Positions 63,012 to 64,000 of a DNA stretch of 64,000 nt are shown piece by piece; within the stretch, counting starts at the first letter, position 1; the number at the start of each line of letters is the position of its first letter. The notes beneath the pieces are model-generated. The model saw nothing but the letters and a program-made list of their open reading frames with translations, was not told where the DNA came from and ran no database searches. The position numbers were made by a program, and so were the translations under genes. This DNA comes from Octopus sinensis (lineage: Eukaryota): contig NC_043006.1 of assembly GCF_006345805.1 (NCBI RefSeq), positions 66,340,001 through 66,404,000 on the forward strand, in the 5' to 3' direction.

Positions 63012-63680
63012 CATACATATACACATACATATACACACATATATACGCACACACACATATATACATACACACAGACACAGACACACAGACACACACACAC
63101 ACACCACACATATATATATACGTATATGTATTTACGTGTATGTATATATATATATATGTATACATACATATATATAATTACATATACACACACATATACA
63201 CACATATATACGCAAACACACACATATACATACAGACAGACCCAGACACACATATATATACATACACACACATATATATATATACACACACATATGTATA
63301 TATATGCATATATATACATATATATGTATGTATATATGTTATATATATATGTGTGTGTGTGCTTGTGTGTCAGTATGTATGTGTGTGCGTGTGTGTGTAT
63401 ATATATATGTACATATATATATATATATACATACATATATATATGTATACACACATATATGTATTTATATCCATATATACATACATATATATATATGTAT
63501 ATGCGTATATATATATACATAATATATATACATATATATATATGTAGATGCATACATATATATTAACGGGAGATCAAGACACACACACACACACACACTC
63601 ATGCACATACACACACACACACTCGCGCGCACACACACACACTCGCGCGCACACACACACTCGCGCGCACACACACACAC
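61480..63680. repeat. Compound (TA)/(CA)/(TATG) microsatellite field with internally duplicated modules
   Basis: 61641-61775 recurs at 62811-62948; long IY/TH ORFs are artefacts. Confidence 0.9.
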
Positions 63681-63904
63681 ACTTCACACTCACGCGCACA
63701 GACGCCCGCACGCTGATATAAGAAGAAACAGCACATTTGGAAAATTCAAAGGAATGCATAACCATTTCTTAGCAATCAATCTACAGATCAATGGATTTAC
63801 ATATTGGTAGCAATATATTGCATACATAGACGCACAACATGCATACATAAACACAGACATAAGACATGCATGCGCACACACGATCATGCGTGCACATCAG
63901 TATG

Positions 63905-64000
63905 TCGCAGGCGTGTCATTGCGGTTCCGAGATCAATCTCATCACGTGAGTCCTTGAGCAAATGTCTTCTACTCTACCTCTGGGCCGACGAATCCTTGTA
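63905..64000 (+). mobile_element. SINE family A head, degenerate, running off the window
   Basis: GCAGGCGTG..CCTTGAGCAAATGTCTTCTACTCTACCTCTGGGCCGACGAATCCTTGT. Confidence 0.6.

Overview
Repeat-saturated, AT-rich eukaryotic DNA with no supportable host protein-coding gene; almost all ORF-track entries are translated microsatellites. The SINE repertoire and microsatellite density suggest an Octopus-like cephalopod (inference). Recognisable content: (1) many copies of at least four tRNA-headed SINE families; (2) decayed non-LTR retrotransposons (two R4/Dong-like REL elements in a (TAA)n array, a third REL fragment, a Tx1/L1-like 3' end in (TATC)n, RTE-like pieces with (TATG)n tails); (3) Penelope-like element (PLE) remnants with GIY-YIG fragments; (4) decayed mariner, Tc1 and maT-like transposons and MITEs; (5) minisatellite-bearing fold-back elements. 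The most notable signal, found by manual folding, is a set of type I hammerhead ribozyme (HHR) motifs. One is essentially canonical (9640-9710, minus strand) at the tip of a 287-bp rod-like fold-back. Two have intact cores and minimal stem III (31906-32015, 41901-41987). Several decayed ones lie in paired inverted arms of small non-coding elements. All folds were done by eye; no activity or database evidence is available.
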